Positions 41,286 to 54,624 of a stretch of DNA of 59,688 nucleotides are shown here, in pieces. Origin of the DNA: Octopus sinensis. Lineage: Eukaryota. The notes beneath the pieces were generated by a model, which made no database searches, was not told the origin of the DNA, and saw only the letters and a program-made list of their open reading frames with translations. Made by a program: the position numbers and the translations under genes. The stretch covers positions 1-59,688 of the forward strand of contig NW_021832973.1 of the NCBI RefSeq assembly GCF_006345805.1, given 5' to 3'. Numbering within the stretch: the first letter of the stretch is position 1; each line of letters begins with the position of its first letter.

Positions 41286-44200
41286 GGAGGAACACCGGGG
41301 GACTTTTAAGATGTAAGAAGAAAATTCAGAGCTCCGAACCTATCCACAAACATCGAAAACAAGGACATCCTATGGAGCCAAAGTTTTACTAACAAAGAAT
41401 TGGACTGTATCCGAGTACGAGTAATACAAAATGAAATTTATTACTATTTTCGAAACGAAATGTGTATTTTTGACTCGATATCATCTCAACCTCTAACGCA
41501 ACAACACATGTAACAGGCGTGACACATCACGATCATCTCCGACACCAAACCACCATGTAACAAAGGACTACGAAGAAAAGAAATTCAATGCACACCCGAT
41601 ACTATTCAACACAAGAATAACAATCGAGCGGTACGTACATTAAACTACAACAAAAAATGTACGAAAAAAACTACACGTGCGAAATAATGTGACAACAGAA
41701 ATAAACGGACCGGTACCCTACGAAAATGACGACCGTCAAAATAATGGGCCGGACGTTGTACCTCATGTCCCGCAAATAAAACCCAAAAGACGTAAATGGA
41801 CACGTGAGGAATACATTTCTATCTTACACGCATACTTCACAGCAGTACTCTACCCAAAATGAAAATACAACAACACATACATATAAAATATGGAAGGAAA
41901 ATAATAGAGATTTAGACTTGGATACAGCAATGAACCCTAATAATTAGCTAACGTACGAAGATACATTCTCAAAACCAAAAAAATATCAAATAAAAGAAAT
42001 AGAACACCTAAAAGAAATATACACCAGGAAAATGTAGATAGAAGCCACACAACAATGCCCAATAATATAAACACTGAAACTGTAAACCACGAAGACAAAC
42101 GCAACATTCCCAACAAACACGATGTAAACAACGAAGGGGAGCCTAATGATATGATAATATAAAAAATAAAATAATCAAAGAACTGAAAACCACAGAGCTC
42201 ACAATGGACCACCGACCATACCTCCCAAGAATCAAAATAAAACAAATAACAACACATATTATAAACAGCATAAACCTAGCCGTCACTGAACTGATAGCCA
42301 CTGAATCAAAAAAAAGTGATATCACTGAGCTAAATAACCTAATATACGCAGCAGCCACTGCAGCACAAAAAGAAGCTGGATACTCACCCAAACCCCCCAA
42401 ACAGGAGTACCACCACCCAAACAAACCTGTGGATAAATAACATCCAAAGCAAAATAAAAAAAAATAGAAAAGACCTGTCGATCTTAATGAAATCAGCAAA
42501 GAATCAACGCTACTGAGCAACAAAAAGAGAACAAAAATACTCCGCAAATATAACATCACAGAAAAAGATTTGCCTGAAATAAAAGAAAAGCTGAAGCAAG
42601 ATATCCTTGCCAAAGCACAAAGGATCCGCCGGTACAAGAAACGCCAACGCTTCTTTGAAGAAAACAAAAAGTTCGACTCCAACCCCAAAAAGTTCTAACA
42701 AGAAACTGGGCAAAAATAAAATAGAATCACTGCAGCACCAACGGCAGAAGAATTGGAAGAATTCTGGGGTGAAATATGGTCGGCGAACGAACCACCAAAA
42801 AAAAGGAGAGTATCAAAATAACAAACTCGACATCTGAACAAATTTGGACCCCCATAACAAATGAAGAGGTCACCCAGGCACTGCAAAGACTAAGCAACTG
42901 GAAGGCACCTGGGCATGACAAGATCCCCAACTTCTGGTTGAAATATCTAACAGGAATGCACAAAAAGCTGGCTGAAAACTTTAACAACGTACTAGCAGAG
43001 CCAGAGACAATGCCTGAATGGCTCACGAAGGGGAAAACCATCTTAATTCCCAAATCAAATGAAACAGAAAAACCAGAAAACTACAGACCAATAACCTGCC
43101 TCCCTACTATGTTCAAGGCATTTACTGCAGTGATATCACAAAGGCTGAACAAGCACCTGGACGAAAACAAACTGTTCCCAGAAGAGCAGAAAGGATGCCG
43201 CAAAGGCTCATATGGCTGTAAAGATCAGCTAATGATTAATAAAGCCGTAACTGAAGACAGCCACAGAAAGAAGAAAGGTCTCAGTATGGCCTGGATTGAC
43301 TACAAAAAGGCGTTTGATAGCATCCCCCACACATGGATCCTCGAAACACTAGCCATTAACAAAGTAGCACCAACAATCATAAAATTCATAGAGCACTCTA
43401 TGAATAAATGGCAAACAGTCCTACACCTCCAACAAAAAGAGGGACTCATGAAAACCAAAGACATCCCCATTAGAAGAGGAATATTCCAGGGAGATACGCT
43501 CTCTCCACTCCTTTTCTGCTTGGCACTGTCACCTCTATCTGATATGCTAAATAGAACTGGATGCGGATATAATGTTACGGCAAAACGATCAGCCACCTTT
43601 TATATATGGATGACCTAAAACTATACGCTGCAAATGACAAACAGCTGGAAACACTATTAAAGACAGTTCATGGATTTACCAAAGAAATAGATATGAAATT
43701 TGGATTAGTAAATGCGCCAAAGTAACCATGAAAAGAGGAAAACTAGTTAAGAGTAACAACATCACACTAGATGAAGCAAATGAAATAAAAGAATTAGACC
43801 AAAGCCAAACTTACAAATACTTAGGAATCCATGAACTAGATAAGACACACACACACAAATGAAAGAGAAAATAAAAAAGAATATTATAGACGAGTTAGAT
43901 CAATACTAAACACAGAGCTCAATGCTAAAAACAAGATAATAGGTATCAACACTTTAGCTGTCCCAGTTATAAGTTACAGCTACAATTCCTTAACTGGACA
44001 CGAAATGAACTGACCAAAATAGAGAGGAAAAAAGAAAAATAATGACAGGATCTAGGATGCACCACCCAAAATCTGACATAGAAAGACTATATATACAACG
44101 TATAGAAGGTGGTAGAGACCTCCTTATACAGCTGGAAAACTACTATAAAATAACCACCATAGGACTGCAAAAATATCTACTTCAGAAGGAAGGAAAACTG

Positions 44201-45262
44201 ATCCAGATAGCGGCAAAACACGAGCAAAACAAAAACTGTTCTCAATATTTAAGGAAGCTGACAAATACAAAACAGAAATCATACCACCTAATAAACATGA
44301 AGAAGAAGAAGAAGAAGATGAAGAAACAACAAAAGCTATAAAAAAAATGAAATCCAAACTAAAAATAGAACAGCAACGAACCATGATAAAACGATGGCAA
44401 GAAAAGCCCCTTCATGGTAAATACTGGCTACTAAACTAACGCAAAAGAAATAGACAAAGAAAAATCCCAGCAATGGTTGAGAAGCTCAGGACTCAAAGCA
44501 GAAACAGAGGGATTTTTAATTGCAGCACAAGACCAAAGCCTCCCCACCAGAAATTACCAAAAACATGTAATGAAAAGAAATATTACAAGTAACTGCAGAA
44601 TATGTGGAGATGGACAAGAACAATAAATCATATTATCTCTAGCTGCCCAGTCCTGGCTAAGAAGGAAATATTCACAGACATGACAGAGTTGGAACTTACA
44701 TACATTGGAAGCTATGCCAACATTATGGAATAACACACAGAAAAAAGATGGTATAGGCACACACCAGAAAAGGTCACAGAAAACGAGAAAGCAACCATAC
44801 TCTGGGATATGCCGATACACACAGATAGAGAAATTAAGGCCAACAGACCAGATATAGTTGTCAGAGACCATGAAGAAAAAAAATGCTTTCTAATGATGTA
44901 TCAGTACCGGCAGATGACAACGTGTCTCTAAAAGAAATGGAGAACTCTCAAAATACAAAGACCTGGAAATAGAGGTAACTAGAATGTGGAATCTGAAAAC
45001 AGAAACAATTCCTATCATAGTAGGTGCATTAGGCATGATAAAAAAATATTCAGACAATACATAACAAAAACACCAGGACTTACAAACACATATAACATAC
45101 AGAAAATTGCACTACTAGGCACTGCACACATCCTACGCAGAGCACTTTCCATACAATAACCATCAGAGCATCACAACAAATCACAGCACATACCCAAGGC
45201 ACACAGAGCTGCGCTCGGTAGTGAAGTGAAAGCACGCTATAAAAATAAAAATAAAACTACTG
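41286..45262 (+). mobile_element. Near full-length R4/Dong-type RLE non-LTR retrotransposon (~4 kb) with frameshifts
   Basis: N-terminal RRKWTREE; RT motifs WKAPGHD, YRPITCLP, EQKGC, WIDYKKAFDSIPH, GIFQGDTLSPLLF, LLYMDDLKL; CRICG..HIISSC zinc finger; RPDIVV..KYKDL RLE; stop 45157-45159; (AAT)n on both sides. Confidence 0.93.
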
Positions 45263-45282
45263 AATAATAATAATAATAATAA

Positions 45283-45838
45283 ATGCCCTGATGCAGTACC
45301 AGGCAGTGGCTCTCATGGCTTTTGATCTTAACTGATTGAAAGTGTTATCATGTACATTGTTTTGTCTTGGTACAAAAGATGGGCAACAGCAAATATTCTG
45401 CTCAATACCACAGATTTACTTCTCAGTTGCTTGACCTTAACCAGTTGAGCATGTCCCTTGGTGGCTGACGATATGTGCATCTCTGATCACGAGCACAAGT
45501 AGAGGAGGAACATCATAGCCATGTGTTGAGAGGGATTCTTTAGGGCTTGGATAATTCACCTCTGGAAACATGTGTGGTTCGTTCAACATCCTTAAATAAT
45601 CCTTATTCAGGTACATTTTGAGCGGGATGGGCTACTCGACGAGAAGAAACTTCTAACTGGGCCCCACCTGCAAGGTCATGTGCTGTTTATCTTGATATGA
45701 GATCACCATGGAGCGCACAAATGGTTGTGATGCATGTGCCTGGTTTACCTTTATCAGACGGGTAGTCATGATGGGTATACTGGTCTTCGTATATTTTACC
45801 CCAGTGTCACTTCGATGGCAAGCACTGCTCTTTCGCTC
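45283..45838. mobile_element. Non-coding ~555-bp element flanked by (AAT)n
   Basis: Complex sequence with sharp (AAT)n boundaries on both sides, no credible ORF and no tRNA head; resembles an interspersed repeat. Confidence 0.5.
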
Positions 45839-45840
45839 AA

Positions 45841-45887
<47 letters not shown>

Positions 45888-45892
45888 TAATA

Positions 45893-45934
<42 letters not shown>

Positions 45935-46074
45935 TGATGATGACGACGACGTCGTCCTGATGGTTGTTTCTTTGTTTTTGTTTGCCATGGGCACATCAGA
46001 CGAAGGGGTACATAAAAATGAGGGAAAGAAAGGGAGAGAAGAACAAATGAAATATAAAGTATACAAAATATGTA

Positions 46075-46490
46075 GGCACATGTGCGTGAGTGTGGCTGCG
46101 TGGTAAGAAGTTTGCTTCTCTGGTCACAGGTTCAATCCCACTGCATCGCACCTTAGGCAAGTGCTTTTTACTATAGCCTCGGGCTAACAAAGCCTTCTGA
46201 GTGGATTTGGGAGACAGAAACTGAAAGAAACCCGTCGTATATAGATATAAATGTGTACGTGTACGTATGAATGTGTGTGTGTGTATGTTTGTCTCTCTCC
46301 ACCCCTTGACAACTGGTGCTGGTGTGTTTGTCCCCATAACTTAGTGGGTCGACAAAAGAGACAGATAGAATAAGCTACCAAGCTTTAAAAAGAAATATAT
46401 ACTGGGGTCGACTGGTTCGACTAAACATTTTTCAAGGCGGTGCCCCAGCATGGCCGCAGTCTAATGACTGAAACAAGTAAAAGATAAAAG
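46075..46490 (+). mobile_element. SINE-A
   Basis: Head, body and tail motifs. Confidence 0.85.
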
Positions 46491-47168
46491 AAAGGTGTGG
46501 ACGATGCACTCTTCTGATTGGGGAAAACTTCCAGCTAGGGTCAATCAAGGAACCCTACAGATCCAGGTTCATCTTGAATACCAAGGGCACAACCCCTGCC
46601 TAACAGGCGCATATTTTTGATGGATCCAGTTACCCGAAATATTCTTTCCACATTCAACCACCTTTTTACAAGCTCGCTGAGAGAGAGCACTTCCCTCTTC
46701 ACCCTCCCCTTTCGAAAGGGAACTTGAAACAGTCGATGAGAGTTTGACTGAAGGGGGAAGGTGTCTGTCCTAAATCCTTTCAAACTTGTCCATCACATAA
46801 CCTCTTTTGTCATAGCCATTAGAACACCGTCTGCCTTGCTTTCTTAAAGGTAGGTGGTGGGGCGACCCTCATGATGGACTTGATCAATATCCGGATTCGT
46901 CCTTCACAACACGATGGATGTTCGACAAAACTCACCAACTGAACAACGCTGAGATCCTGCACCAATCCGCGCAATACTGTTTCGTCGCGCAGCGAGTTCT
47001 TCAGGAGGTGGCTGGCAGCACTTCCGTGATTGAACAGTTTATCTCAAACCAACGGTGACCTCTCGGTGACAGTGCCAGGTCAGGGATTTCTGCACGTTAT
47101 GCGCAAGGTAGTTCCCTGTCCGATAGTCCTCCCAAACAGACCAGCCTGAACGTTCCTCGTCGACGCCT
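46490..47168 (-). mobile_element. Second, older Tx1-like LINE 3' fragment
   Basis: Translated pieces LGVDEE, NVQKSLTWHCHRE, RDKLFNHGS, KGFRTDTF, KREVLSLSELVKRWLNV align by eye to the C-terminus of the 27.3-30.3 kb element. Confidence 0.75.
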
Positions 47169-47217
47169 AAAGAAGAAGAAGAAGAAGAAGAAGAAGAAGA
47201 AGAAGAAGAAGAAGAAG
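47169..47217. repeat. (GAA)n array
   Basis: Direct reading. Confidence 0.95.
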
Positions 47218-47642
47218 ACAGGTGTGATTTGAGTGAAATTTGGTTGCTCCCTTTAGCAGGTCCATCGACAGTGCTTGTCACAGTGTGTGTGTGTGTGTGT
47301 GTTTTGATAATATAGTGATGTTATTTCTGTAGTTGATGACAAAACTTATTATGATTTATAAAGAAAGCATTTAAAAAAAAAAAATACAAAAATTGATAGA
47401 ATATGTCTTTTAATAAAATTTGACAAAGAAAATGTAATTGAATTTAAAGAGGGACAAAGAGGGCTGGAAAAGCCACTAGATTATTAAAAAAGGACAGAAG
47501 GAAATGTTGCGTATTTTATTGAAGTGGCTTTAAATGTCTTTTCTATTTTAATTAATGTCTGTAAGACGTTTTGCAATTTTGGGCACAGCTTTTAAAAAGT
47601 TTTGTAAATAAATACACTTTGACACACACACTGTCTGCTTCG

Positions 47643-47678
<36 letters not shown>

Positions 47679-47872
47679 TACATATACACACTCGCGCACT
47701 CACAGACGTACACGCACTCACACGCACACTTTCTTTCTCTGCTTCTCTTCCTCCCTCTTTCCATCTTTCTTTCTTACATTCTTTCTTTTTCCCTCTTTCC
47801 CTCTCCCACTCTCTTACGCTTTTCACACACATACATATCTTTCTCGCCCCCTTTTTCTTTATCATTGTGTGT

Positions 47873-47920
<48 letters not shown>

Positions 47921-48394
47921 CTATATATATATATGCGTATATGTGCGTGCTTGTGTGATTGTGTGAGTTATTCTCGACGCTAATTTTGAACACGCACACA
48001 CATATACATATTTAGAGATACGACGGGTTTCCGCACAGTTTCCGTCTCCCAAATTCATTCATAATGCATTGGTTGGTCCGGGCTAAAGAAAAAGACACTT
48101 GTTGAAGGTACCACCAAGTGAGACTGAACCCTAAAATCCCATGATTGGAAAGCGAAATTCTTCACCAGACAGCCGGAGTATCCCTATTCTTTGTGGGGCC
48201 GGTGAGACCCTTTCTGGAAGTCTTTGGTCATGCCTAACATGGCAAAGAATATACTTCCACCGTTTCACTGGTGTCTACATCCCAGCTGAGGCATCTGAAC
48301 CCATTAACTGTCGAATTTTCTAATTCATATTTTTTGGCTTTGCCTTGTGTCTTAGGAGTTAAAATAATATACAGTATTTAAATTTTCTTAATAC

Positions 48395-48820
48395 TCTTTT
48401 ACTTGTTTCAGTCATTTGACTGCAGCCATGCTGGAGCACCGCCTTTAATCGAGCAACTCGACCCTGGGACTTATTCTTTTGTAAGCCCAGTACTTATTCT
48501 ATCGGTCTTTTTTGCCGAACCGCTAAGTAACGGGGACATAAACACACCAGCATCAGTTGTCAAGCAATGCTAGGGGGACAGACACACAAACACATACACA
48601 TACATACATATATATGTAATATATATATATATATATAATATATATATATATATATACGACAGGCTTCTTTCAGTTTCCATCTACCAAATCCACTCACAAG
48701 GCTTTGGTCGGCCCGAGGCTATAGTAGAAGACACTTGCCCAAGGTGCCACGCAGTGGGACTGAACCCGGAACCATGTGGTCGGTAAACAAGCTACTTACC
48801 ACACAGCCACTCCTGCGCCT
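48395..48820 (-). mobile_element. SINE-A, near-intact young copy
   Basis: Complete head to tail; an older head fragment lies at 47995-48170. Confidence 0.92.
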
Positions 48821-49364
48821 AATCTGTGAATTATTTTGGAAACTAGGATAAATTTTTCGAAAAGTCCCAAATGGTGATCACTGAAAAAAAAAAGAATATT
48901 TATTCTTTTCTATTCAATTGCAATAATAAATATTTCAGTCTTTTTTTTTTTTTTTGAAACTATGCTATCAAAAGCGAATGTGTATGAAATATCAATTAAT
49001 AATATAATAGATGGGGAATGCAAAAAAAAAAAAAGCCTTTTCAAAACAGTCAATATTTTTGTAGGTGAAAGATTGCGATTTATGACATAAAATGTCCTCT
49101 AGAATTAGCCAGAGCCAATAATGACAAACTTTAATTACTAAATATTGTTCAACACATCTCTGCAAATGAAATGTAAATAAGCAATACACTTTAAATACAA
49201 CGAAGAACCGGCAGTGAGACAGTTTTTAGCAGATCCCCAAATGGAGCTCATGGCAGGCAATGGGTTAAGGTATCTCGTACAGCAAGCAACCACAGGACCT
49301 GGTACAAAAGTTTGTAAAACTCACAAAGGTCTTTGTGTCTGTCAGTATGGAGGCTATCTGTTAC

Positions 49365-49740
49365 CTTTTTATGCTTGTTTCAGTCATTAGCTTGCGGTCA
49401 TGCTACGGCACCACCTTGAAGAGTTTTTGGTCGAATAAATCGACTCCAGTACTTATTTTTTTAAGCCTGGTACTTAATCTATCGATTTCTCTTTGCTGAA
49501 CTGCCAAGTTACGGATACGTAAATACTCCAACATTGCTCGTCAAGCGGTGGCGGCTGACTAACACAGGCACACACACACACATACACGACGGGCTTCTTT
49601 CAGTTTCCGTCTACCAAATACATTCACAAGGCTTTGGTCGGTCCTTAGCTGTAGTAGAACACATATGCCCAAGATGCCACGCAGTGGGATTGAATCCGGA
49701 ACCATGTGGCTGGGGAGCAACACAGCCACGCCTGCACCAA
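49365..49740 (-). mobile_element. SINE-A
   Basis: Head, body and tail motifs. Confidence 0.82.
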
Positions 49741-50642
49741 TGTTATGCTGACCATACTTGGAAAAGCTGGTTGTCCAGAGCACTTTTTGAAGTATACTGA
49801 CATTCCACAATGATGCTAGTGGACATTGGAGCTCCGTATAAATATTAATGGAATGAGGATGGACTAAAGCAGGGGGATCATATCGTACCCCCTATTTTTG
49901 CAGCTAGTAAACTTACCCATCTACGATGGAGACATAAAGTGAGGGAAGTCATAAGAGCAGTATGAATTCGGAAACGTGTAAATGGACTTTGATAGATTAC
50001 TGGGTAATGTCTTAGAGAAATCACATTATTGTTGGTGATAGAGCATTCTATTGCAGCCATATGACATGTGTTTGCGACCAAGTGACATGTGATGACGATT
50101 CACTCCCGACCTGAAACAGGCTCCCATCCTCTGCATCATGAATGGTTATGTGGACCACTCCTACCGAAAGCCAGGGCTTCCTGCGACCACTACATAAAAT
50201 GTATTTAGAAAAATGTTATTTAAATATACTTTTATTTTAGTTGTTTATACTATTAAACGTTCAAAGTTCACAAATTTCCTTATTTAAATTACGAATCCTA
50301 TTCCTTTTGATATCAATATTTTTACAAAACTTCATTGTAGACGATATTTTCTGTTTGGTGGACACTAATTTTCAAATTCCTGGAGTCCGTTGCTCTACTC
50401 ATAGCGACGTATAAATGACCGTGAGTAAACATCGGATTGGGTATACACCTACACGATCTAAAGTCTGGCCCTCTGCCTTGTTTGCTGTGAATGGGCGAGC
50501 GGAATCTTTAGAAAACATTTAAAACTCCTGAAACGTTTTCACCAGTGTGGCTGCCGGACTATTTTAGATAGTCACTGGTCCACATACACCCCTAACACTC
50601 AAGTAATGGTGATGTAGATGAGCCTGTACAGTCTGTGTAGAG

Positions 50643-51691
50643 CAGGGGTCGGCAAAGTGGCTAGTATTGACCTCTGACGCTTTATGCGGCTATCCTAGGG
50701 GTCGATAAACACCTGAAACGATTTTTGAGAATTCAGGGGGCTGGATTATTAGCGAACTGAAATCTAGAAAATCCGTGGGTAATTTAAGGCTAAAATTTAC
50801 TAGTTTTCAGTCAGATATCGATGAAATATCAATATTCACCAAACACATATTTCACATTAAATATTCCAGCTATATCAATAGAATTTTTTCTGCTATAGAC
50901 TCAAGGCCTGAAATGTTGGGGGAGGAGGCTTGTTGAATCCATCGACCTTAGTATTCAGCTGGTATTTATTTCATCGTCCCCGAAAAAATGAAAGCTTAAG
51001 TCGACCGCGACGGAATTTGAACTCAGAACGTAAAGGTACAAAATGCTGCTCAGTGCTAACGATTCTGCCAGCTTGCGGCCTTAGCAACTCTACCAATACA
51101 ACATGACTGCATAAGGCAAGCAAGCTGGCAAAACTGTAAACGCGCCGGATAAAATGCTTAGCAGCATTTTGTCCGTCTCTACGTTCTGAGTTCAAATTCC
51201 ACCGAGATTGATTTCGGGAAAATAAGTATCAGTTGAACCCTGGCGTCGGTGTAATCGACTTAACCCCTCCCGAAATTGCTGGCCTTGGACCAAAATCTGA
51301 AACCAGTTTGATATGACTGGATTTTTATTGTTTATTATGAACTTCGTTAAGTATTTTCGTTAAATTTCTTTGAATATTTCCCATTAAAAAGCTGCAACGA
51401 CACAAAAGAACAATGGTATTATTATTTTTAAATCAAGAATTCTTTTATCACTCATACTTTTTGCTTATATCTTAGATATTTCCAAGATGGAGATCGACAA
51501 GTTATCAACGATTCAATGACAAGGTCAATGATGTAAGGCCGACTTTGCCTTTCATCTTTTCGGGGTCGATAAATTAAGTACCAGTTATGCACTGGCGTCG
51601 ATGTAATCGACTTAATCCCTTTGTCTGTCTTTGTTTGTCCCCTTGTGTGGGTAATAAGAAACAAAATGATGTAAGGGACTTGTCGACCCTG
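50643..51691. mobile_element. Non-autonomous hAT-type element containing nested SINE-B copies
   Basis: Ends CAGGGGTCGGCAA / TTGTCGACCCTG; 8-bp TSD gtgtagag / gtgtagaa. Confidence 0.7.
50900..51664. mobile_element. Three SINE-B copies inside the hAT element (50900-51083 -, 51115-51305 +, 51539-51664 + with 12-bp TSD aatgatgtaagg)
   Basis: SINE-B motifs; TSD at 51527-51538 and 51665-51676. Confidence 0.8.
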
Positions 51692-52084
51692 GTGTAGAAG
51701 CTCAAATACATGGCCACGGGTTAAAATGGACTGAACATATTGAGAGGGCGTTATTTTCTGGCATTCCGCCGGTTACGATGACCAGGTCTCCAGTCAATCC
51801 GATCAACAGAACATCCTGATCATGGAATTAACGTGCAAGTGTCCAAATACCCAAACGACTAAGCCATGAGCCTTCACAGAGGATGAGGAATACATACGAA
51901 AGTAACTGCTTAACTGATTTACGGTGAACTAAACGAAGATTTATGTCCACAACACAAGCTTAAGAAGGTAAACCACCGACTTTGTTTCCTCATTACTTTC
52001 GGAAAAATGGATATATTTTAATGAAATATTCTATAAATACCTTTCAAATGGTGTGGATTATGATTACATAGGAATTTAATATTC

Positions 52085-52816
52085 TTTTCTACTCTAGGCA
52101 CAAGGCCTGAAATTTGGGGGAAGGGGTCATACTTAATTTATCGACCCCGAAAGGATGAAAGGCAAAATTGCCCTTGGCGAAATTTGAACTCAGAACGTAG
52201 CGGCAGACGATTCTGCCAGCTCGTCGCCTTAGTTTTCTGATAAATAATCTTTTCTACTCTAGGCACAAAGTCCGATATTTTGGGGATGGGACCAGTCGAT
52301 TAGATCGACCCTAGTGTGCAACTGGTACTTAATTTATCGACCCCCGAAAGGATGAAAGACAAATTCGACCTCGGCGGAATTTGAACTCAGAACGTAACGG
52401 CAGACGAAATACCTATTTCTTTACTACCCACAAGGGGTTAAATACAGAGAGGACAAACAAGGAGAGACAAACGGATTAAGTCGATTATATCGACCCCAGT
52501 GCGTAACTGGTACTTATTTAATCGACCCCGAAAGGATGAAAGGCAAAGTCGACCTCGGCGGAATTTGAACTCAGAACATAAAGACAGACGAAATACCTAT
52601 TTCTCTATTACCCACAAGGGGCTAAACATAGAGGGGACAAACAAGGACTGGCAATTACATCAACCTCAGTGCGTAACTGGTACTTAATTTATCAACCCCG
52701 AAAGGATGAAAGGTAAAGTCGACCTCGGCGGAATTTGAACTCACAACGTAACGGCAGACGAAATACTGCTAAGCATTTCACCCGGCGTGCTAACGTTTCT
52801 GCCCGCTCGCCGCCTT
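52085..52816 (-). mobile_element. SINE-B multimer (about 4 partial units)
   Basis: Unit atcgaccccgaaaggatgaaaggcaaagtcgacctcggcggaatttgaactcagaacg repeated four times. Confidence 0.9.
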
Positions 52817-53055
52817 ATAGGAATTTAATATTAAAAACACACACGTAGATACTGACCCACATCACATATATATCCGCAAAATGTGACTTGAAATTTAAAA
52901 AAAATTGTGATGTCTATTAAGTTAGACATGGCCTGGGCCAATAATGGCCGAAACCTATCAAAGTATCAAAGTATCATTGTGTTTATTTATGCGTCAACCA
53001 ATACGATTTTTATTGTGTTTTTCACATTAAACTTCGATACACTCGTTATCTGCAC

Positions 53056-53336
53056 CAGTGGTTCTCAAACGCTTTCAGGCTGCCGTCCCCTTGGTTCTAA
53101 GGTCACATCCCTCGCGCCCCCACCCGACTCACCATCACAGACAGAGACCATTTTCTACACTAAATTCGAAACAACAGTATTTCACAAATAGAACTTAACC
53201 CTTTATTTTGTTTGTTTTATTTTTTTTACCTCCATTGCCCCGTTTTGGTCACCTCATTATCGCCCCATCTTTCTTCACCTGGATCTCTCCACCGTCCCCA
53301 TGGGGACGACGGTACCGTCCACTTTGGGAACTACTG
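53056..53336. mobile_element. hAT/Charlie-type MITE
   Basis: TIRs CAGTGGTTCTCAAA / TTTGGGAACTACTG; 8-bp TSD atctgcac / atctacac. Confidence 0.8.
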
Positions 53337-53764
53337 ATCTACACCACCTAAAATGTGTTTTTAGAAATTTACATTAAAAAATATTCCTTTTTCTGTAAAT
53401 TATGATGAAACAAAGTGTGGGTGTGCTTCTTAAGAATTCGGTTTGTAATATCTTAAAAGAAAACAAGAAGCCTACGGCATGTAAGAGAACAAGTTGGAGA
53501 ATAGCAATAGGTCAGGTCTCGGTTTTTATTTCAGAATGGCGAAGATGAAATAAATTGCCATAATGGAGGAAAACTCCACTTTATTATAATTGTGATGTTT
53601 GCGGTCGTGTTTCTTGTTCGTAAGTTGACCATTTAAGCTCAGAAAAGGAATATGGGTCTGTTTTCGGTTTCTGATCACAAATTAAAGGCGGAAATTCATC
53701 GTAAGCAACTGGTACTGAAATTTGTTTTTTAAAATTATGATTTCGAAGATTATTATTGTTATTA

Positions 53765-54160
53765 GGCGCAGACATAGCAATGTGGTTAGAAAGGGAGCTT
53801 TACAACCACGTGATTTCGGGTTCAGTCCCGCAGAGCGGCATCTTCAGCAAATGTCTTATGCTATGTTTTATGAATGAATCCGGTAAACGGAAACTGTATG
53901 GAAGCCTTCATAACATATAAAGATGTGTGTGTGTGTGTGTGTTCGCGTGTCTTTGCATTTGTGTTTGTACCCACCATCACAACATGACAGCCGGTGTTGG
54001 TTTGTTTACGTCCTCGTAACTTAGCGATTCGGCAAAAAGAGACCGACAGAATAGGCACCAGACCTAGGGAAAATAAGTACTGAGTAGGATTTGTTCGACT
54101 AGACTCTTCGAGGCGGTGTCTCACATGGCCACAGTCCGAAGACTTCACCAAGTAAAACTA
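53765..54160 (+). mobile_element. Degenerate SINE-A
   Basis: Head, body and tail motifs. Confidence 0.78.
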
Positions 54161-54548
54161 AAAGATTTTTATTTCTTTCTTCTTTTTTTTTTCAGAAACA
54201 TAATTTCTTTATTTTGAACTGTGAACACTCAAAAACAAAATTTCGAGGAAAATATTATTTTTAAATGTGTATAGATCAGGGTGGGGAATTTCAAAAGATT
54301 TTCTTTTTCTTTCTTTTCTCTGTTACTGAAAGCATAGGAATTCAAAGACGTCTTTGAAATAAGGAAAATGATAATAATATTAATAGTTATCGCCAAGCTA
54401 AAATGGCAGTCCAGGAAAATAGGACGAATGCTGCTGTTGATTAGCTCCAAGAGGCCATCGCTTCTAGCTAGCTGTGTGACACACGAACCTGTGTCCATTA
54501 TAACCTTCGAACAGGGGAGGTCAGCCGCTTCCCCTTGCTGGTCTGGCA

Positions 54549-54591
54549 TCTACAGACTAGTTTCGGGCTATTTGCCCCTTATCAATGTAGA
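54549..54591 (-). ncRNA. Minimal type I hammerhead motif with U3-A8 core variant
   Basis: UCUACA-UUGAUAA-GGGGCAAAUAGCCC-GAAA-CUAG-UC|UGUAGA: 6-bp stem I, GGG/CCC stem II, palindromic ACUAGU stem III, GUC triplet. Confidence 0.75.
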
Positions 54592-54624
54592 GCAGCCGAA
54601 CCCAGCAGGCGTCCCTTTTTACTA

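Noticed and set aside
41286-41400. HDV-like ribozyme at the Dong 5' end
   Set aside because: I could not build the P1-P3 nested pseudoknot by eye; this needs a descriptor search.
49190-49390. ~60-codon open frame (EEPAVRQFLADPQMELMAGNG..)
   Set aside because: It is short, has no recognisable domain or clear splice sites, and runs into a SINE.
52085-52816. CRISPR-like repeat array
   Set aside because: These are tandem SINE units without unique spacers, in a eukaryotic context.
52933-52960. GGCC AATAAT GGCC GAAAC stem-II-like relic
   Set aside because: The core is largely deleted and there is no stem I or III; it may be a dead copy but is unsupported.
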